From Candidatus Marinacidobacterales bacterium (GTDB taxonomy: Bacteria > Acidobacteriota > Vicinamibacteria > Marinacidobacterales > DATDRI01), in NCBI GenBank assembly GCA_965222425.1, contig CBDCTW010000005.1, forward strand, positions 122,247-186,246: a DNA stretch of 64,000 bases. The letters are read 5' to 3'. The position numbers and the translations under genes are program-made. The notes under the pieces are model-generated. The model was not told the DNA's origin, ran no database searches, and saw only the letters and a list, made by a program, of their open reading frames with translations. Below, piece by piece: positions 9,130 through 20,119 of this stretch; position 1 is the stretch's first letter, and every line of letters begins with the position of its first letter.

Positions 9130-9159
9130 GGCCGGCGAGGCCATAATTCCTCGCCGGTC
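9130..9159 (+). terminator. Strong stem-loop immediately after the precursor gene
   Basis: GGCCGGCGAGG-ccataatt-CCTCGCCGGTC: 9 contiguous GC-rich base pairs with an 8-nt loop. No clear U-tract follows, so it may be an attenuator or stabiliser rather than a full terminator. Confidence 0.45.
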
Positions 9160-9177
9160 TGTCCATACAAAGGATAG

Positions 9178-9786
9178 ATGATGCAGAGAATGAATGCCAA
9201 ATACGTCGTGCCGGCAGCCCTTGTCGCGAGTCTGATCATAGGCGCCGCGATTGCACAGGGCGGGTCGCTGAAGATCGATGCAGAACACTCCTCCGTCACC
9301 TTTCAGGTGACGCATCTCATGTTCACGAAAGTCGACGGTTAGTTTCGCGAGTTCGAGGGGACTTTCGACCTCGATGAAGACACCAACACGATCTCGAATG
9401 TCGTGGTGACGATCCAGACTGCCAGCGTCGATACCAACGTCGAGGCAAGAGACAAGGACTTGCGCAGCAAGCGCTTTTTCAACGTGGAGAAGTACCCTAC
9501 CCTCACCTTCAAGAGCACCGCTCCTGCCAAACTGAACGGCAAGAAGGGGAAGATGAAAGGCACCCTAACCATGCATGGTGTGGAGAAAGAAGCGGTTCTG
9601 GATGCCGAGCTTCTCGGAAAAGGCAAGGATCCCTGGGGCAATTTGAAGTATGGATTCCAAGCTACCACCGTTATCAACCGGAAGGACTTCGGTATGACGT
9701 GGAACGAGGCCCTCGAAGCCGGTGGAATCTTGGTTGGCGAAGAAGTGACGGTGAGGATCAATCTCGAGGCCGCGCCCGAATCCTGA
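9178..9786 (+). pseudogene. YceI-family periplasmic protein with one in-frame amber codon
   Basis: MMQRMNAKYVVPAALVASLIIGAAIAQG signal, then ...SLKIDAEHSSVTFQVTHLMFTKVDG-TAG(9340-9342)-FREFEGTFDLDED...VDTNVEARDKDLRS...FFNVEKYPTLTF. Otherwise a single uninterrupted frame to 9786. Confidence 0.75.
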
Positions 9787-9838
9787 GGACCGGGTGTCCA
9801 CTTGACCGAGGGTGTGCCTCCCGGTGGAGTTCGGGAGT

Positions 9839-9882
9839 GGCGCCTGGCTAGGTACCTCGAGGCAACCCCATATTTTGGCGCC
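9839..9882 (-). repeat. Single copy of the GGCGYC-AAAATA intergenic repeat family
   Basis: Reverse complement reads GGCGCC-AAAATATGGGGTTGCCTCGAGGTACCTAGCCA-GGCGCC. It has the same loop motifs (AAAATA, TTGC, CCTAGCCAGGCG) as the units at 29.8 kb. Confidence 0.55.
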
Positions 9883-9924
9883 AATCGCGAGGTGCAAGGC
9901 ACACCTTTTGTTTTTGGCCTTACA

Positions 9925-11042
9925 ATGTGCCCGATGCCGCGCTCGCTCCGCTACGTACTCTCCATCTTAGTAATCCTTCTGGTCGTCTTCTTCCTCATCG
10001 ATCTAGAACCCACTCCCCGATACCCACCTCCCGCGGTGGAGCCGGGTCCAGCGGCGATTCGAATTCACCGCGAGGCCATCGTGATCGACCTTCATGTGGA
10101 CTCCCTCCTCTGGCCACGTGATCTCGACCTCCCACCCTCTGGTGGACACGTGGATTTTTCGCGCATGCGGAAGGGGGCTTGGACGCTGCTGCTTTCACCC
10201 ACGCCACCCACTTTTTCGGCATGGCGGAGCTCAAGGCCTTCCATGATTTCTGGCCACCCGCGACTTGGATCTCTCCTTGGGAGCGGCTTCAATATCAGCT
10301 CGCACGCATGCGGGATTTCGTCGCTCAATCGGATGGCCGCGTGCGGGAGGTCGAGACCGCCGCGGCCATTCTGGAAAACCATCGACGAGGCGTTCTCTCA
10401 GTCTTTCACGGCATTGAAGGCGCCCATGCTCTGGGCACTGACCTCTCGCGAGTCGAGGACGTGAAACGCCAAGGCGTGCTCTTCATCGGGCCGGTGCACT
10501 TGGCCGACAATGAGTACGGTGGGAGCTCCCAGGGCTCGAACCAGGGGCTCACCGATCGGGGTCGGCAATTGATTCGCGAGATGAATCGGCACCGCATCCT
10601 GGTCGATCTCTCGCATGCCGGTCCGAAGAGTTTCGAACAATCACTCGCACTTACCACTTTGCCTCCCCTCGTCAGTCACGCCGGCGCGCGCGCGGTCCAC
10701 GGTACGCCGCGGAACCTCAGCGATGATCAGATCCGTGCGATAGCCGCCAGGAACGGAGTGATCGGCGTCATGCTGGCCCCACCGGCCACGGAGCAATCGG
10801 ATCTACTCGAAGTGATGGCTCACTTCCGGCATATGGTCTCCGTTGGAGGAGAGGATGTAGTGGCGCTTGGAAGTGACTTCGATGGTTTCGTGCAAACACC
10901 AATCGATGCCACCGGGCTTCCGCAGCTGACCCAGCTCATGCTCGATGCCGCGTGGAGCGAAGAAAGAATCCGCAAGATCTTGGGGGAAAACGTCCTTCGT
11001 GTGCTCGAAGAGCGGGTACACAAAGGGGTATCCAATCATTGA
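9925..11042 (+). pseudogene. Membrane dipeptidase (peptidase M19 family), frameshifted in a G-run
   Basis: The N-terminal TM anchor plus IHREAIVIDLHVDSL...GGHVDFSRMRKG (frame of ORF 9802..) continues as GLDAAAFTHATHFF...FHGIEGAHAL...ILVDLSHAG...GSDFDG (ORF 10179..11042). This requires a 1-nt shift at aaggggg, about 10171-10178. Confidence 0.75.
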
Positions 11043-11416
11043 AGCTCGTATATACCTTGGCCGCCGAAGCCACAGTTCTATTGCACTTCGCCTGGATCGT
11101 TTTCGTCGTCACCGGGGTGTTTTGGTTACGTCACCACCCACGTTTACGACGGAGCCACTTGCTTACGGTCACCTACAGTCTGGCGACCGAAGTCTTCCGT
11201 TGGATCTGCCCGTTGACTCACCTCGAGCAAGCATTGTGGAGGCGAGCCGGTTCTTCGGCCTACCAGGGAGCCTTCCTGATTCACTACGTGGAGAAGTTGA
11301 TCTATTTCCGTGCTCCGCAATGGCTCTTGGTGAGTCTAGCGGCGCTTCTACTCGCCGTCACGCTGGTGTTCTACTTCCGTCCTCTCCCGCCTCGGAGCAC
11401 CGAGCGGACGGGTTAG
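11039..11416 (+). CDS. DUF2784-like small membrane protein
   Basis: TTG at 11039 overlapping the dipeptidase stop. LKLVYTLAAEATVLLHFAWIVFVVTGVFWL...WICPLTHLEQALWRRAG..., 125 aa, 3-4 hydrophobic segments. Confidence 0.55.
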   Translation: MKLVYTLAAEATVLLHFAWIVFVVTGVFWLRHHPRLRRSHLLTVTYSLATEVFRWICPLTHLEQALWRRAGSSAYQGAFLIHYVEKLIYFRAPQWLLVSLAALLLAVTLVFYFRPLPPRSTERTG

Positions 11417-11422
11417 ACATGC

Positions 11423-12457
11423 TTAGATAGGCGAGGGTGCGAAACTGTCTTCTTCTTCCGGTAGCCGACAGGTCGACTCTGTGAAGTAGTCTTCGAACAC
11501 GTCAGTAACTTCCGGAAGTGTCTTCGAAGCGTAGATGTTCCGTCTAAGGGCTGCGCCTCCCGGGAGACCCTTCGAGATCCACCCTATCAGAGCCTTCACA
11601 CGATTCACTACCAGCTTATCCGGCAAATACTCCTTCAGACTCTGCGTGAAAAACGAGATGGCCTGCAGGTAGTCGTTTATCGTCGGAGGGGACGATTCCC
11701 TACCGCCAAGCTCGTCGCTCACTTGGCGGAACACCCAAGGATTCTCGAGGGCGCCGCGGCCGATCATGATCGCGTCCACACCGGTCTCGGCGACCATCGC
11801 ACGGGCATCTTCCGCGGAGCGCACGTCTCCATTTCCGATGACGGGAATCTTTACCGCTTCCTTGACATCTCGAATGACACGCCAGGCGGCCTTCCCGCCG
11901 TGTCGTTCACTGCGACATCGCGGGTGCACGGTGATGGCGGCGGCACCGGCATCTTCGAGCGCGCAGGCCACCTCTCGAGCGTTGATGGAATCATAATCCC
12001 AGCCAGAACGGATCTTCGCCGTCACCGGGATGCTGGCCGACTTCACCATCCGAGAAATGAGCTGGCTCGCTCGCTCCACATCACGCATCAAGGCCGCTCC
12101 TGCGCCGAGCCGCGTCACTTTGGGAACTGGGCACCCCATGTTGACGTCGACCAGGTCAGCGCCGAACTCGCCAACCATGTTGGCCGCCTCGGCGAGTCGG
12201 TCAGGATCAGTTCCGAATACCTGGACGCCTACCGGTCGTTCTTCGTGCGTCACGGCCGCGATCTCTCGTGAAGCCTGGCTACCACGAGTCAACCCCTCGG
12301 AGCTCACCATCTCGGTCACCACCAGACCGCAGCCACCGAGCCGCCTTACCAAGCCACGGAAGGCTCGATCGGTATGCCCGGCAAGTGGAGCGAGTACCAA
12401 GGGCGGATTCACCTCGAGACTATCCCCGAGACTATTGTTAATGACCAGGGGTTTCAT
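11423..12457 (-). CDS. tRNA-dihydrouridine synthase
   Basis: LAPLAGHTDRAFR, VDVNMGCPV, TVHPRCRSERH motifs. The internal ATG at 12457 (MKPLVINN...) abuts the S4 gene stop. The ORF-track N-terminal 39 aa look spurious. Confidence 0.85.
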   Translation of the reverse strand: MKPLVINNSLGDSLEVNPPLVLAPLAGHTDRAFRGLVRRLGGCGLVVTEMVSSEGLTRGSQASREIAAVTHEERPVGVQVFGTDPDRLAEAANMVGEFGADLVDVNMGCPVPKVTRLGAGAALMRDVERASQLISRMVKSASIPVTAKIRSGWDYDSINAREVACALEDAGAAAITVHPRCRSERHGGKAAWRVIRDVKEAVKIPVIGNGDVRSAEDARAMVAETGVDAIMIGRGALENPWVFRQVSDELGGRESSPPTINDYLQAISFFTQSLKEYLPDKLVVNRVKALIGWISKGLPGGAALRRNIYASKTLPEVTDVFEDYFTESTCRLPEEEDSFAPSPI

Positions 12458-12459
12458 AC

Positions 12460-12741
12460 CTACGGTTCCTCGACCCGACTCTCCTCTACTATCCTGTACA
12501 GCTTTCGGGCTTCCACCGCCGACGGAGCCCTTTCTGGAATCTGCTCGACCTCGATCGTAAGCCGCCTGTTCCAAAGCCTCAAACCGAGCCGATCTCCCGG
12601 TGCGACTTCCTTGCCCGCCCGCGCCGGCCTCCCGTTCAAGGTCACCGCCCCCTCCTCACAAAGCTCCTTGGCAAGCGTTCGACGCTTCACCAGCCGCGAT
12701 TGCCTGAGGAAGTTATCTACTCGCAATCGCGAATCCGTCAA
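12460..12741 (-). CDS. S4-domain RNA-binding protein (Hsp15/YlmH-like)
   Basis: RVDNFLRQSRLVKRRTLAKELCEEGAVTLNGRPARAGKEVAPGDRL is a canonical S4 motif. 93 aa. Confidence 0.7.
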   Translation of the reverse strand: MTDSRLRVDNFLRQSRLVKRRTLAKELCEEGAVTLNGRPARAGKEVAPGDRLGLRLWNRRLTIEVEQIPERAPSAVEARKLYRIVEESRVEEP

Positions 12742-12764
12742 TTACTGGGCCTTACCGGCCCTTA

Positions 12765-13787
12765 CTAGCTTGGGCTCTCGCCTGGAGCTTGCGCTTCCGT
12801 AGCCGGCTCAGCGGGCGCAGCGGGGTCCTTGGATTTCGGGTCCAGCTGGATCTCGATGATGGCTTGCTCCCGGAGTTTACTGATGTACTTCTTGCTTTGT
12901 TCCTGCACCTTTTCTTGATAGATGGAGTCGGCGATCGTTTTGCGGACGTCGTCGATCGGCGGGGTCTGCTCCTCCGTCCTTTCCTCCACCTTCACGATGT
13001 AGAACGCGGCACCCATGCGGAGCACCCCACTAATTTCACCCGGCGCGAGGTTGAAAGTCACCTCGTTCAGGGGCTCGGTGAGCTCACCCTTTTCGAAGAA
13101 ACCTAGATCGCCGCCCGCGTCGCGCGATGAAGAATCCGAATGAAGTCGGGCCACTTCGGCAAAGCTCGCTCCCTGTAGTAGATCTTGATGCATGCGCTTC
13201 GCTTTGTCCACGGCGTCGAACTCGGTGCTCGCCTCGAATCGCACGACGATCTCACGAAGCCGAACCTTGGCCGGCTCTGTGTATTCGGTGATGTGCTCTT
13301 GATAGTACTTTTCGATCTCTGGCTCGCTGACAGCAACCTTGTTGTCTACCTCGATGCGGCGGATCTCTTGAATCAGCAGACCATGTTCCCACTGTTTCTT
13401 GAAGTCGCTCATGCTCATCCCCTGCAGCTCCATCTGCCGGGTCAGCTCCGCGTCAGACTCGAGGTTCATCTCCTCCATGACGTTGGCCTTCCACTCTTCG
13501 AAATAGCGGGCCGGTACCTCGAGGCCCCTTTCGACGGCGAGCTGAAGGACGAGTATGTTGTCGACCATGCTCTCGAGGATGTCGGGACGCATCTCGACCA
13601 TCCGGCGTCGCTGCTCTTCCACGCTAGCGTCCGGTCCCATCTGTTCGAGGACGCGCTGGACTTCGCGATCGAGCTCGGTCTTAGTGATGATCTTACCGTT
13701 CACTTTGGCCACCACCCGCTCTATTACTTCCCGCTGTGAAGGGCCGAGCGCCCCGATTAACGTGATTGCGATGAGTGTGTGTATCAT
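12765..13787 (-). CDS. SurA-like peptidyl-prolyl isomerase (parvulin/PpiC domain)
   Basis: Signal-like MIHTLIAITLIGALG, SurA-N-like helical region, then GGDLGFFEKGELTEPLNEVTFNLAPGEISGVL...FYIVKVEER (parvulin). Confidence 0.75.
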   Translation of the reverse strand: MIHTLIAITLIGALGPSQREVIERVVAKVNGKIITKTELDREVQRVLEQMGPDASVEEQRRRMVEMRPDILESMVDNILVLQLAVERGLEVPARYFEEWKANVMEEMNLESDAELTRQMELQGMSMSDFKKQWEHGLLIQEIRRIEVDNKVAVSEPEIEKYYQEHITEYTEPAKVRLREIVVRFEASTEFDAVDKAKRMHQDLLQGASFAEVARLHSDSSSRDAGGDLGFFEKGELTEPLNEVTFNLAPGEISGVLRMGAAFYIVKVEERTEEQTPPIDDVRKTIADSIYQEKVQEQSKKYISKLREQAIIEIQLDPKSKDPAAPAEPATEAQAPGESPS

Positions 13788-13815
13788 GTTTTTTCTAGCC
13801 TCTGACGACTGATGA

Positions 13816-14796
13816 CTACTGTTCGCTGGCCGACGCGTCGTCGCGCGGCCGAATGTCATACCCATTCCGACTCATGAACGGGAAGTCCAATTGCTCGGTA
13901 TCGACCCAGACCGGGTAACGCTGCTGCAAATCTTCCATAAACAGTGCTAGCGCTTCGTCGCTCTTCTTGCGCAGCAACTCCACCCGGATGGCATCTTCCA
14001 CCTCTTTCAGTAGCAAGTCCCGCGCCGGGTACGTTTCATCGACGCGGAAAATGTGAAACCCAAAGTCCGTCTTGACGACAGGAGACAAATTTCCCTTCTT
14101 GATGGCGAACACTTCTCTCTCGAAAGATGCCGGCAGCTCGCCACGGCGAAACGCGCCGAGGTGACCACCGTTTTCGGCCTCGGGTCCTACCGAATGCGCT
14201 CGAGCCAGTTCGTCGAAGCGAGATTTGTCGGCGGTCAGCTCCGCGTGCAGCCGGTTCGCCGCCTCTTCTTCCCCGACGAGTATCTGGGAGATCGCAACCG
14301 CCTCGGGCCGTTTGTAAAAAGTGCGGTTGGCCTCATAGTAAGCGGCGATCTCTTCTTCGGTGACCGCGACGTCTTTCAAGATTTTACCATCCATGAGTTT
14401 CTTGAGCGTCAGGTGAGCCGTTAAGTCGCGCGGATTGCGACGCGGCCGCCCCTCCTGCTCAGCCCGTTGAGCTTGCGAACTCTGTCCCGCTCCCGGCACC
14501 GACACCAGCAGCTGGGCACTGAGCGCTTCGAGTTCACCTAGAGCGACTTCGATTCCTGCATCCTCGGCGGCCCGCAACAACAGCAACTCCTCGATGAGCT
14601 GTTCCAACAAAGCCGATTTCAGCTCGCCTCCGACAAGCGGAACGTCTTCCTCGCTGACCGCACGGACGTAGCCCTCGAACTCCGAACGTCTCACGACGTC
14701 GTTGCCGACCTGCGCGATGACCGGATCGGCAGGGGGCGGCGTGCAACCCATCATCACCACAAGTCCCACAGCCGAGGCCGCTTGCGGCCACCTCAC
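13816..14796 (-). CDS. PpiC-type peptidyl-prolyl isomerase, lipoprotein
   Basis: Lipobox VVMMGC, then the parvulin motif GGHLGAFRRGELPASFEREVFAIKKGNLSPVVKTDFGFHIFRVDE. Confidence 0.7.
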   Translation of the reverse strand: MRWPQAASAVGLVVMMGCTPPPADPVIAQVGNDVVRRSEFEGYVRAVSEEDVPLVGGELKSALLEQLIEELLLLRAAEDAGIEVALGELEALSAQLLVSVPGAGQSSQAQRAEQEGRPRRNPRDLTAHLTLKKLMDGKILKDVAVTEEEIAAYYEANRTFYKRPEAVAISQILVGEEEAANRLHAELTADKSRFDELARAHSVGPEAENGGHLGAFRRGELPASFEREVFAIKKGNLSPVVKTDFGFHIFRVDETYPARDLLLKEVEDAIRVELLRKKSDEALALFMEDLQQRYPVWVDTEQLDFPFMSRNGYDIRPRDDASASEQ

Positions 14797-17700
14797 GTTC
14801 TGACCTCCTCCTTCGGGCTAGTTCCTTCCATCTTAGAGTAGGGAGAGAGCTCGAGCAAAACCTCCCGCACCCGGAGGAGAATGTCGTCGGGCCCGGTTCG
14901 AGTCAGCGGCAGCTTGAGGACTCCCCCCGGCGTCATCCGTGCGTTCGGAAGCTCCTCGGCGAGCTTGACCAGGCTCGTGGGGTCGACCGGAGACGCGGCG
15001 TCGAATCGAAAAGCCAGCAGATCGTCATCGCGTTCGATCGCCACCACCAGTAAACGCTCCGCCAAGAGTCTGAGGCGAGCGTACTCGAAGAGCCTTCCGA
15101 CCGAGTGCGGAATCGTGCCGTAGCGATCGCCCATCTCCGCCGCCAACCCTTCGATGGCTTCAGCGTCGCTGGCAGTGGAAACTCGCTTGTAGACCGACAT
15201 GCGTTGATTGATATCGGCAACAAACGACTCTGGGATCTTCAGATCGATCTTGAGATTCAAGGTGGATCGAGCGAGCTCTGCCTCTTCCCCGGACAGCTCC
15301 CGAATCGTCTGCTCCAAGAGCTTGCAGTAAAGATCGAATCCCACCGCATCGATGTGCCCGTGTTGTTCGCCGCCGAGTAAATTGCCCGCGCCCCGCAACT
15401 CGAGATCCAGCGCCGCGATGCGAAAGCCGGCGCCGAGGTCGCTGAACTCGCGGATCGCGGCGAGCCGGCGCCGGGCAATGGGGGTCATGGCGTTCTCATC
15501 GGGAACGAGGAAATAGGCATAGGCTCGCCGGTTAGAGCGGCCGACGCGTCCGCGGAGCTGATAGAGCTGGGAGAGGCCAAAGCTGTCGGCACGATGGACG
15601 ATCAGTGTATTAACGAGCGGTATGTCCAGACCGTTCTCGATTATGGTCGTGCTAACCAACACGTCGAACTCCTGTCGGATGAATCGAAGCATGGTCCGCT
15701 CGAGGTCCGACTCTTTCATCTGGCCGTGGCCGACTCCGATCCGGGCCTCGGGCACGAGCCGCTGCAGAAAAGATGCCATCGAATAAATGGAACTTACCCG
15801 ATTGTGAACGAAGTACACCTGACCACCTCGCCCCAGCTCATAGCGAAGGGCCTCGGCCAAGATCTTCGGGTTCAGGCGGGTGACGTAGGTCTGAATCGCC
15901 ATCCGATCCTTCGGCGGTGTCTCGATAACGGAAAGATCGCGAATGCCAGAAAGGGACATATGGAGCGTGCGCGGGATAGGGGTAGCGGTCATCGTCACGC
16001 AGTCTACTTCCTTGCGTAGCCTCTTCAATCGCTCTTTATGCCCTACGCCGAATCGCTGCTCTTCGTCCACCACGAGAAGGCCCAGGTCTTTGAACTGGAC
16101 GTCCTTGGAAAAGAGACGGTGTGTTCCGATGACCACGTCGACGGCACCGGCGGCGAGCTTCTTGACGATCGCTTTTTGCTCCTTCGGTGTGCGAAACCTA
16201 GAGAGCATCTCCACTCGAACCGGGAAAGCGATGAAACGGGACCGGAAGGTATGAAGATGTTGAAAAGCTAAGACGGTAGTGGGCACAAGAACCGCCACTT
16301 GTTTTCCATCCATCACCGTCTTGAACGCGGCACGCATCGCGACTTCCGTCTTCCCATAACCCACGTCGCCGCAGAGGAGTCGATCCATCGGGAAAGGCGC
16401 CTCCATGTCACGCTTGACATCTTCGATAGCCTGCGCTTGATCCACCGTCTCCTCATACTCGAATTGATCCTCGAGCTCGCGCTGCCAATGAGTATCGGGA
16501 GCGCAGGAGTGACCGGGCATGGACTTGCGCGCCGCGTACAACTTCAGGAGCTCCTGCGCCATGTCCCGCATCGATTTTTTCACCCGGCGCTTGACCCGTT
16601 CCCACCCCGTACCGCCCAGTTTGTCGATACGCGGCTTCTGGCTTTCGGCGCTCGAGTACTTCTCGAGCAGTTCGAGCTTCTCTACCGGAACGTAAAGCTT
16701 GTCCGCTCCCAAGTACTCGAGAAGGACGAACTCACTACTTCCCGACTGCTCCGCAATCTGACGCAGTCCGGCGAAAACACCGATCCCATGATCGGCGTGA
16801 ACGACGTAGTCGCCGACCTTCAAGTCCCGAAAGTCGGAAAGAAAGCGACCGAGCTTGCGCGACCGCCTCCGCTCCGGCCGTGGAGGCTCGTCGAAGACGT
16901 CTCTACCCGCAAACACCGCCTGCCCGAGCGAAGGAAGAAGGAATCCATGCGAGAGATTACCGATATGAAGCACAACCGTCCCGGGCGCTTGTGACTCTTC
17001 GGAAGCCATCGTGGCGGAGATCTTCGTTTCCTCAAGAATCTCCACCAGACGTTCTGCCAGCCCTCGGTTCGCGACGAAAACGTGAACGTGTCTTTGATTA
17101 TCGAGCTGTCGTCGGATCTCGGTGAGGAAATCCTTGATCCTTCCACGAAAGGAGGGAAGCAGTTGGCTCGGAAGGTGAAGCGAGTTAGCTGCGCCTGCGG
17201 TCTGATCCATGACATCCATCTCTTGGATGGTGACCGAACGGTTGCCGAGGTGAGCGAAAAGGTCCTCTGGAGTCAGGAGAAGCTCTGCCGGCCGTGGATA
17301 AGCTGTCTCGTCGGTGGCCGCGATTTCCCCGTAGCTCTCGAGGACGCGCTCCCATTCCGACGCCACCTGCCGGGAGATTTCTGCCGGCTCCTCGACCAGG
17401 AGCATGCCTTCCCGTAAATAGTCGAAAAGCGTCGCGCGATACTCTGCGAGGTGGGGAAGAACAAAAGAAGTTCCGGGGGGAAAGCTTTCTCGCTCGAGCC
17501 TGGCCTTCAATTCAAGGTCGCTTTCCCTCTCCTCGCTCAACCGATCCAAAAGACGCTGGCGCTCGCCTTCCGTGAAGATCCACTCTCGAGCCGGATAGAT
17601 CTCGGCCGATTCGAGCGAGACGGTCGTACGCTGGCTCTCTGGGTCAAAACTCCGGATTTCTTCCAGCGTGTCACCCACGAACTCGAGCCTCAGCGGCTCG

Positions 17701-18302
17701 GTGCGCGAAGGCGGATAGATATCCAGAATCCCTCCACGTCGTGCAAAATCGCCGGGGCTGACCACGGGGTCCTCATGAAGATAGCCGGAGTCGACGAGCG
17801 TCCGCTCGATGTCACTGGGCTCGATAACTTGCCCGCCACGAAGAGAAATGATCCCCTCCGCAAAGATCTCAGGAGACGCCATTCGAAAGAGAAGTGCCGC
17901 AGCCGGTGCGATGAATAGCGCCGGTGTCTTTTGCAGTAAGGCGGCCAGCGCACGCGCACGCGCTGCCATGATGTCGAAATGTGGAGAGAGCCCGCGGTAA
18001 GGGTCAACCGAAAGCGCAGGAAAAGGGAATATCTCTCGATCGATCCTCATCGACGCGAAAAAAGCCGCCACGTCGGAGGAGACTTCCGCGACCCGCCTTT
18101 CGTGTGAAACGACCAGGAGGACGGGGCCTTGCTGTGGGGCCGCGAGAATGGCTTCGACCAACGTGCGAGCCGGCCCCATGAGCCCGCTGACTCGTCGGCC
18201 TCGTCGACCTTCAGGGGGAGTCGCGAGGTCGGAGCGGATCTCGCCAAGCCCCGCGTCCTCCAGAACGCGCGCCAGCTCGTGGGTCAGAAACATCAACTTC
18301 AC
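14793..18302 (-). CDS. mfd: Transcription-repair coupling factor
   Basis: 1169 aa. CarD/TRCF domain ([14 protein letters not shown]), DEAD-box helicase motifs ([20 protein letters not shown]), TRG and C-terminal D7 region. Confidence 0.95.
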   Translation of the reverse strand: MKLMFLTHELARVLEDAGLGEIRSDLATPPEGRRGRRVSGLMGPARTLVEAILAAPQQGPVLLVVSHERRVAEVSSDVAAFFASMRIDREIFPFPALSVDPYRGLSPHFDIMAARARALAALLQKTPALFIAPAAALLFRMASPEIFAEGIISLRGGQVIEPSDIERTLVDSGYLHEDPVVSPGDFARRGGILDIYPPSRTEPLRLEFVGDTLEEIRSFDPESQRTTVSLESAEIYPAREWIFTEGERQRLLDRLSEERESDLELKARLERESFPPGTSFVLPHLAEYRATLFDYLREGMLLVEEPAEISRQVASEWERVLESYGEIAATDETAYPRPAELLLTPEDLFAHLGNRSVTIQEMDVMDQTAGAANSLHLPSQLLPSFRGRIKDFLTEIRRQLDNQRHVHVFVANRGLAERLVEILEETKISATMASEESQAPGTVVLHIGNLSHGFLLPSLGQAVFAGRDVFDEPPRPERRRSRKLGRFLSDFRDLKVGDYVVHADHGIGVFAGLRQIAEQSGSSEFVLLEYLGADKLYVPVEKLELLEKYSSAESQKPRIDKLGGTGWERVKRRVKKSMRDMAQELLKLYAARKSMPGHSCAPDTHWQRELEDQFEYEETVDQAQAIEDVKRDMEAPFPMDRLLCGDVGYGKTEVAMRAAFKTVMDGKQVAVLVPTTVLAFQHLHTFRSRFIAFPVRVEMLSRFRTPKEQKAIVKKLAAGAVDVVIGTHRLFSKDVQFKDLGLLVVDEEQRFGVGHKERLKRLRKEVDCVTMTATPIPRTLHMSLSGIRDLSVIETPPKDRMAIQTYVTRLNPKILAEALRYELGRGGQVYFVHNRVSSIYSMASFLQRLVPEARIGVGHGQMKESDLERTMLRFIRQEFDVLVSTTIIENGLDIPLVNTLIVHRADSFGLSQLYQLRGRVGRSNRRAYAYFLVPDENAMTPIARRRLAAIREFSDLGAGFRIAALDLELRGAGNLLGGEQHGHIDAVGFDLYCKLLEQTIRELSGEEAELARSTLNLKIDLKIPESFVADINQRMSVYKRVSTASDAEAIEGLAAEMGDRYGTIPHSVGRLFEYARLRLLAERLLVVAIERDDDLLAFRFDAASPVDPTSLVKLAEELPNARMTPGGVLKLPLTRTGPDDILLRVREVLLELSPYSKMEGTSPKEEVRT

Positions 18303-18799
18303 CCGTCTTCTGCAAGTTTGTCCTGGCCCCTGACGACCATGTCAATGAGACTAGAAGTGGAATACCCGAGCGAGAAAGGGAGCGACAGGACGCGCCCACC
18401 CGAGGCTTCGACCGTGTCCCGGCCTACGATCTGATCGGTCGACCAATCTCCCCCCTTCACCAGAACGTCCGGCGTCAGCTCCTGAATCACTCGCGCCGGT
18501 GTCACTTCATCGAACGCGACGACGTAATCCACCGCCTCGAGGGCAGCCAAGATCTCCATCCGTTCCGCAAGCGGCAGAATGGGGCGTCCCTCGCCCTTCA
18601 GCGCGGTGACCGTTCGGTCCGCATTGACCGCCACCAAGAGTCGATCTCCTTGGGCTCCCGCCTCCGCTAGGTAACGAACGTGTCCAGGGTGCAGCAGGTC
18701 GAAGCAACCGTTCGTAAAGACCAGCCCGATACCCGCGGCGCGGAGCTTTTCCCGCTCCTCTCTCATGGCCTCCACGTCGAGGAGCTTCGCGGCGCTCAT
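18299..18799 (-). CDS. D-glycero-beta-D-manno-heptose-1-phosphate adenylyltransferase-like cytidylyltransferase (RfaE domain II type)
   Basis: [18 protein letters not shown] (HxGH nucleotidyltransferase motif). 166 aa from the internal ATG at 18799, which overlaps the Wzt stop as ATGA. Confidence 0.8.
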   Translation of the reverse strand: MSAAKLLDVEAMREEREKLRAAGIGLVFTNGCFDLLHPGHVRYLAEAGAQGDRLLVAVNADRTVTALKGEGRPILPLAERMEILAALEAVDYVVAFDEVTPARVIQELTPDVLVKGGDWSTDQIVGRDTVEASGGRVLSLPFSLGYSTSSLIDMVVRGQDKLAEDG

Positions 18800-20115
18800 T
18801 CGACTTCCGGCGGCTTCATGACGATGCTGGAAGAGAACTCCCAACGGTGCTTCGGTCGATAGATCCCAGTATCCTTGACGCGCGAGTTCACGCGGAACGT
18901 ATGGAGGGCGCGGTGGTAGTCGAAGGGGTAACCGTCTCGTTGATGAGCGGCCACATCCAGGAAGTAGGTCCCTTCCACGAGATCCAACCGATCGAGGGCT
19001 AGCCTCACTTCCCCGTCCCCCGACAGCGAGACGGGCGTGAACTCCTCGATGTGAGTATTGGTTCCATAGCAGCAAATACCGTCGGTGTTGAAGATCCCTA
19101 CCCCGAACACGAAATCCTTGATGGTTCCGGTGCTCTTGATTTTCAACCGGATACTTACCGGCTCTCCGGTGTCAAACACGTGACGGGGCTGGCCGTTTTC
19201 TCCGATCAATGCGGCGTCGCTGATCTCCACTTCGCGAGAGCCCCAACGGCCCTTCTCCCTCTTGGAAGAACCTTCCTTGTCGGTATCGGAAACTTCCGAC
19301 TCCTGCTGCGGCTCGGCGAATTCGGCGACCGCCTGATCCTCCGCAGCAGCCATCGCTCCCTCTTCGAACGACGTGACCTGTGCCAAGTACGCATCCACCA
19401 CCTTCTTCGGATCGCCTCGCGACTGAATCTTCCCCCCGTCCAGCCACAATGCCTCGTCGGCCAGTTTCTCCACCAATCCCAGACTGTGCGTGACCAACAA
19501 GATCGTCTTCCCCCTCCGACGAAACTCGCTAATTTTGTCGAGGCACTTGTGCACAAATGCTTGGTCTCCCACCGCAAGCACTTCGTCGATGATCAGCACG
19601 TCGGGGTTCACGTGGATGGCAACCGCGAAGCCGAGCCTCATATACATACCGGACGAGTAGGTCTTGACGGGAGCGTCGATGAACTCCTCGAGGTCGGCGA
19701 ACTCCACCATCTCCGAGAAGCGCTCGGTGATCTCACGCTTGCTGAGCCCGAGCATGATCCCGTTGATGAAAACGTTCTCCCGACCCGTTATCTCGGGATG
19801 GAAACCGGCTCCCAGCTCGATGAGCGCGGAGACCCGTCCGTGGACTTCGACTTCTCCCGACGTCGCCTTGGTGATTCCGGCGAGGACTTTCAGCAACGAG
19901 CTCTTTCCCGACCCGTTCCGGCCGATGATGGCGAACGTCGATCCTTCCCATACGTTGAAGGTTACGCCGGACAAGGCCGAGAAAGTCTCTTCCGGTTTGA
20001 GGTCGTCGATCAAGCTGCCTGTGAGCAGCGCGCTCTTCAGCGTGCGGAACTGCTTGCGGTGTGCATAGCGCTGATAGACCTTCGTCAGATCGGAAACGCG
20101 GACCGCTATGCCCAT
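18796..20115 (-). CDS. Polysaccharide ABC exporter ATP-binding protein (Wzt/TagH type) with C-terminal glycan-binding domain
   Basis: Walker [10 protein letters not shown], signature YSSGMYMRL, Walker B LIIDE. The ~150-aa C-terminal beta-sandwich-like extension is typical of Wzt. Confidence 0.85.
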   Translation of the reverse strand: MGIAVRVSDLTKVYQRYAHRKQFRTLKSALLTGSLIDDLKPEETFSALSGVTFNVWEGSTFAIIGRNGSGKSSLLKVLAGITKATSGEVEVHGRVSALIELGAGFHPEITGRENVFINGIMLGLSKREITERFSEMVEFADLEEFIDAPVKTYSSGMYMRLGFAVAIHVNPDVLIIDEVLAVGDQAFVHKCLDKISEFRRRGKTILLVTHSLGLVEKLADEALWLDGGKIQSRGDPKKVVDAYLAQVTSFEEGAMAAAEDQAVAEFAEPQQESEVSDTDKEGSSKREKGRWGSREVEISDAALIGENGQPRHVFDTGEPVSIRLKIKSTGTIKDFVFGVGIFNTDGICCYGTNTHIEEFTPVSLSGDGEVRLALDRLDLVEGTYFLDVAAHQRDGYPFDYHRALHTFRVNSRVKDTGIYRPKHRWEFSSSIVMKPPEVE

Positions 20116-20119
20116 TTGT

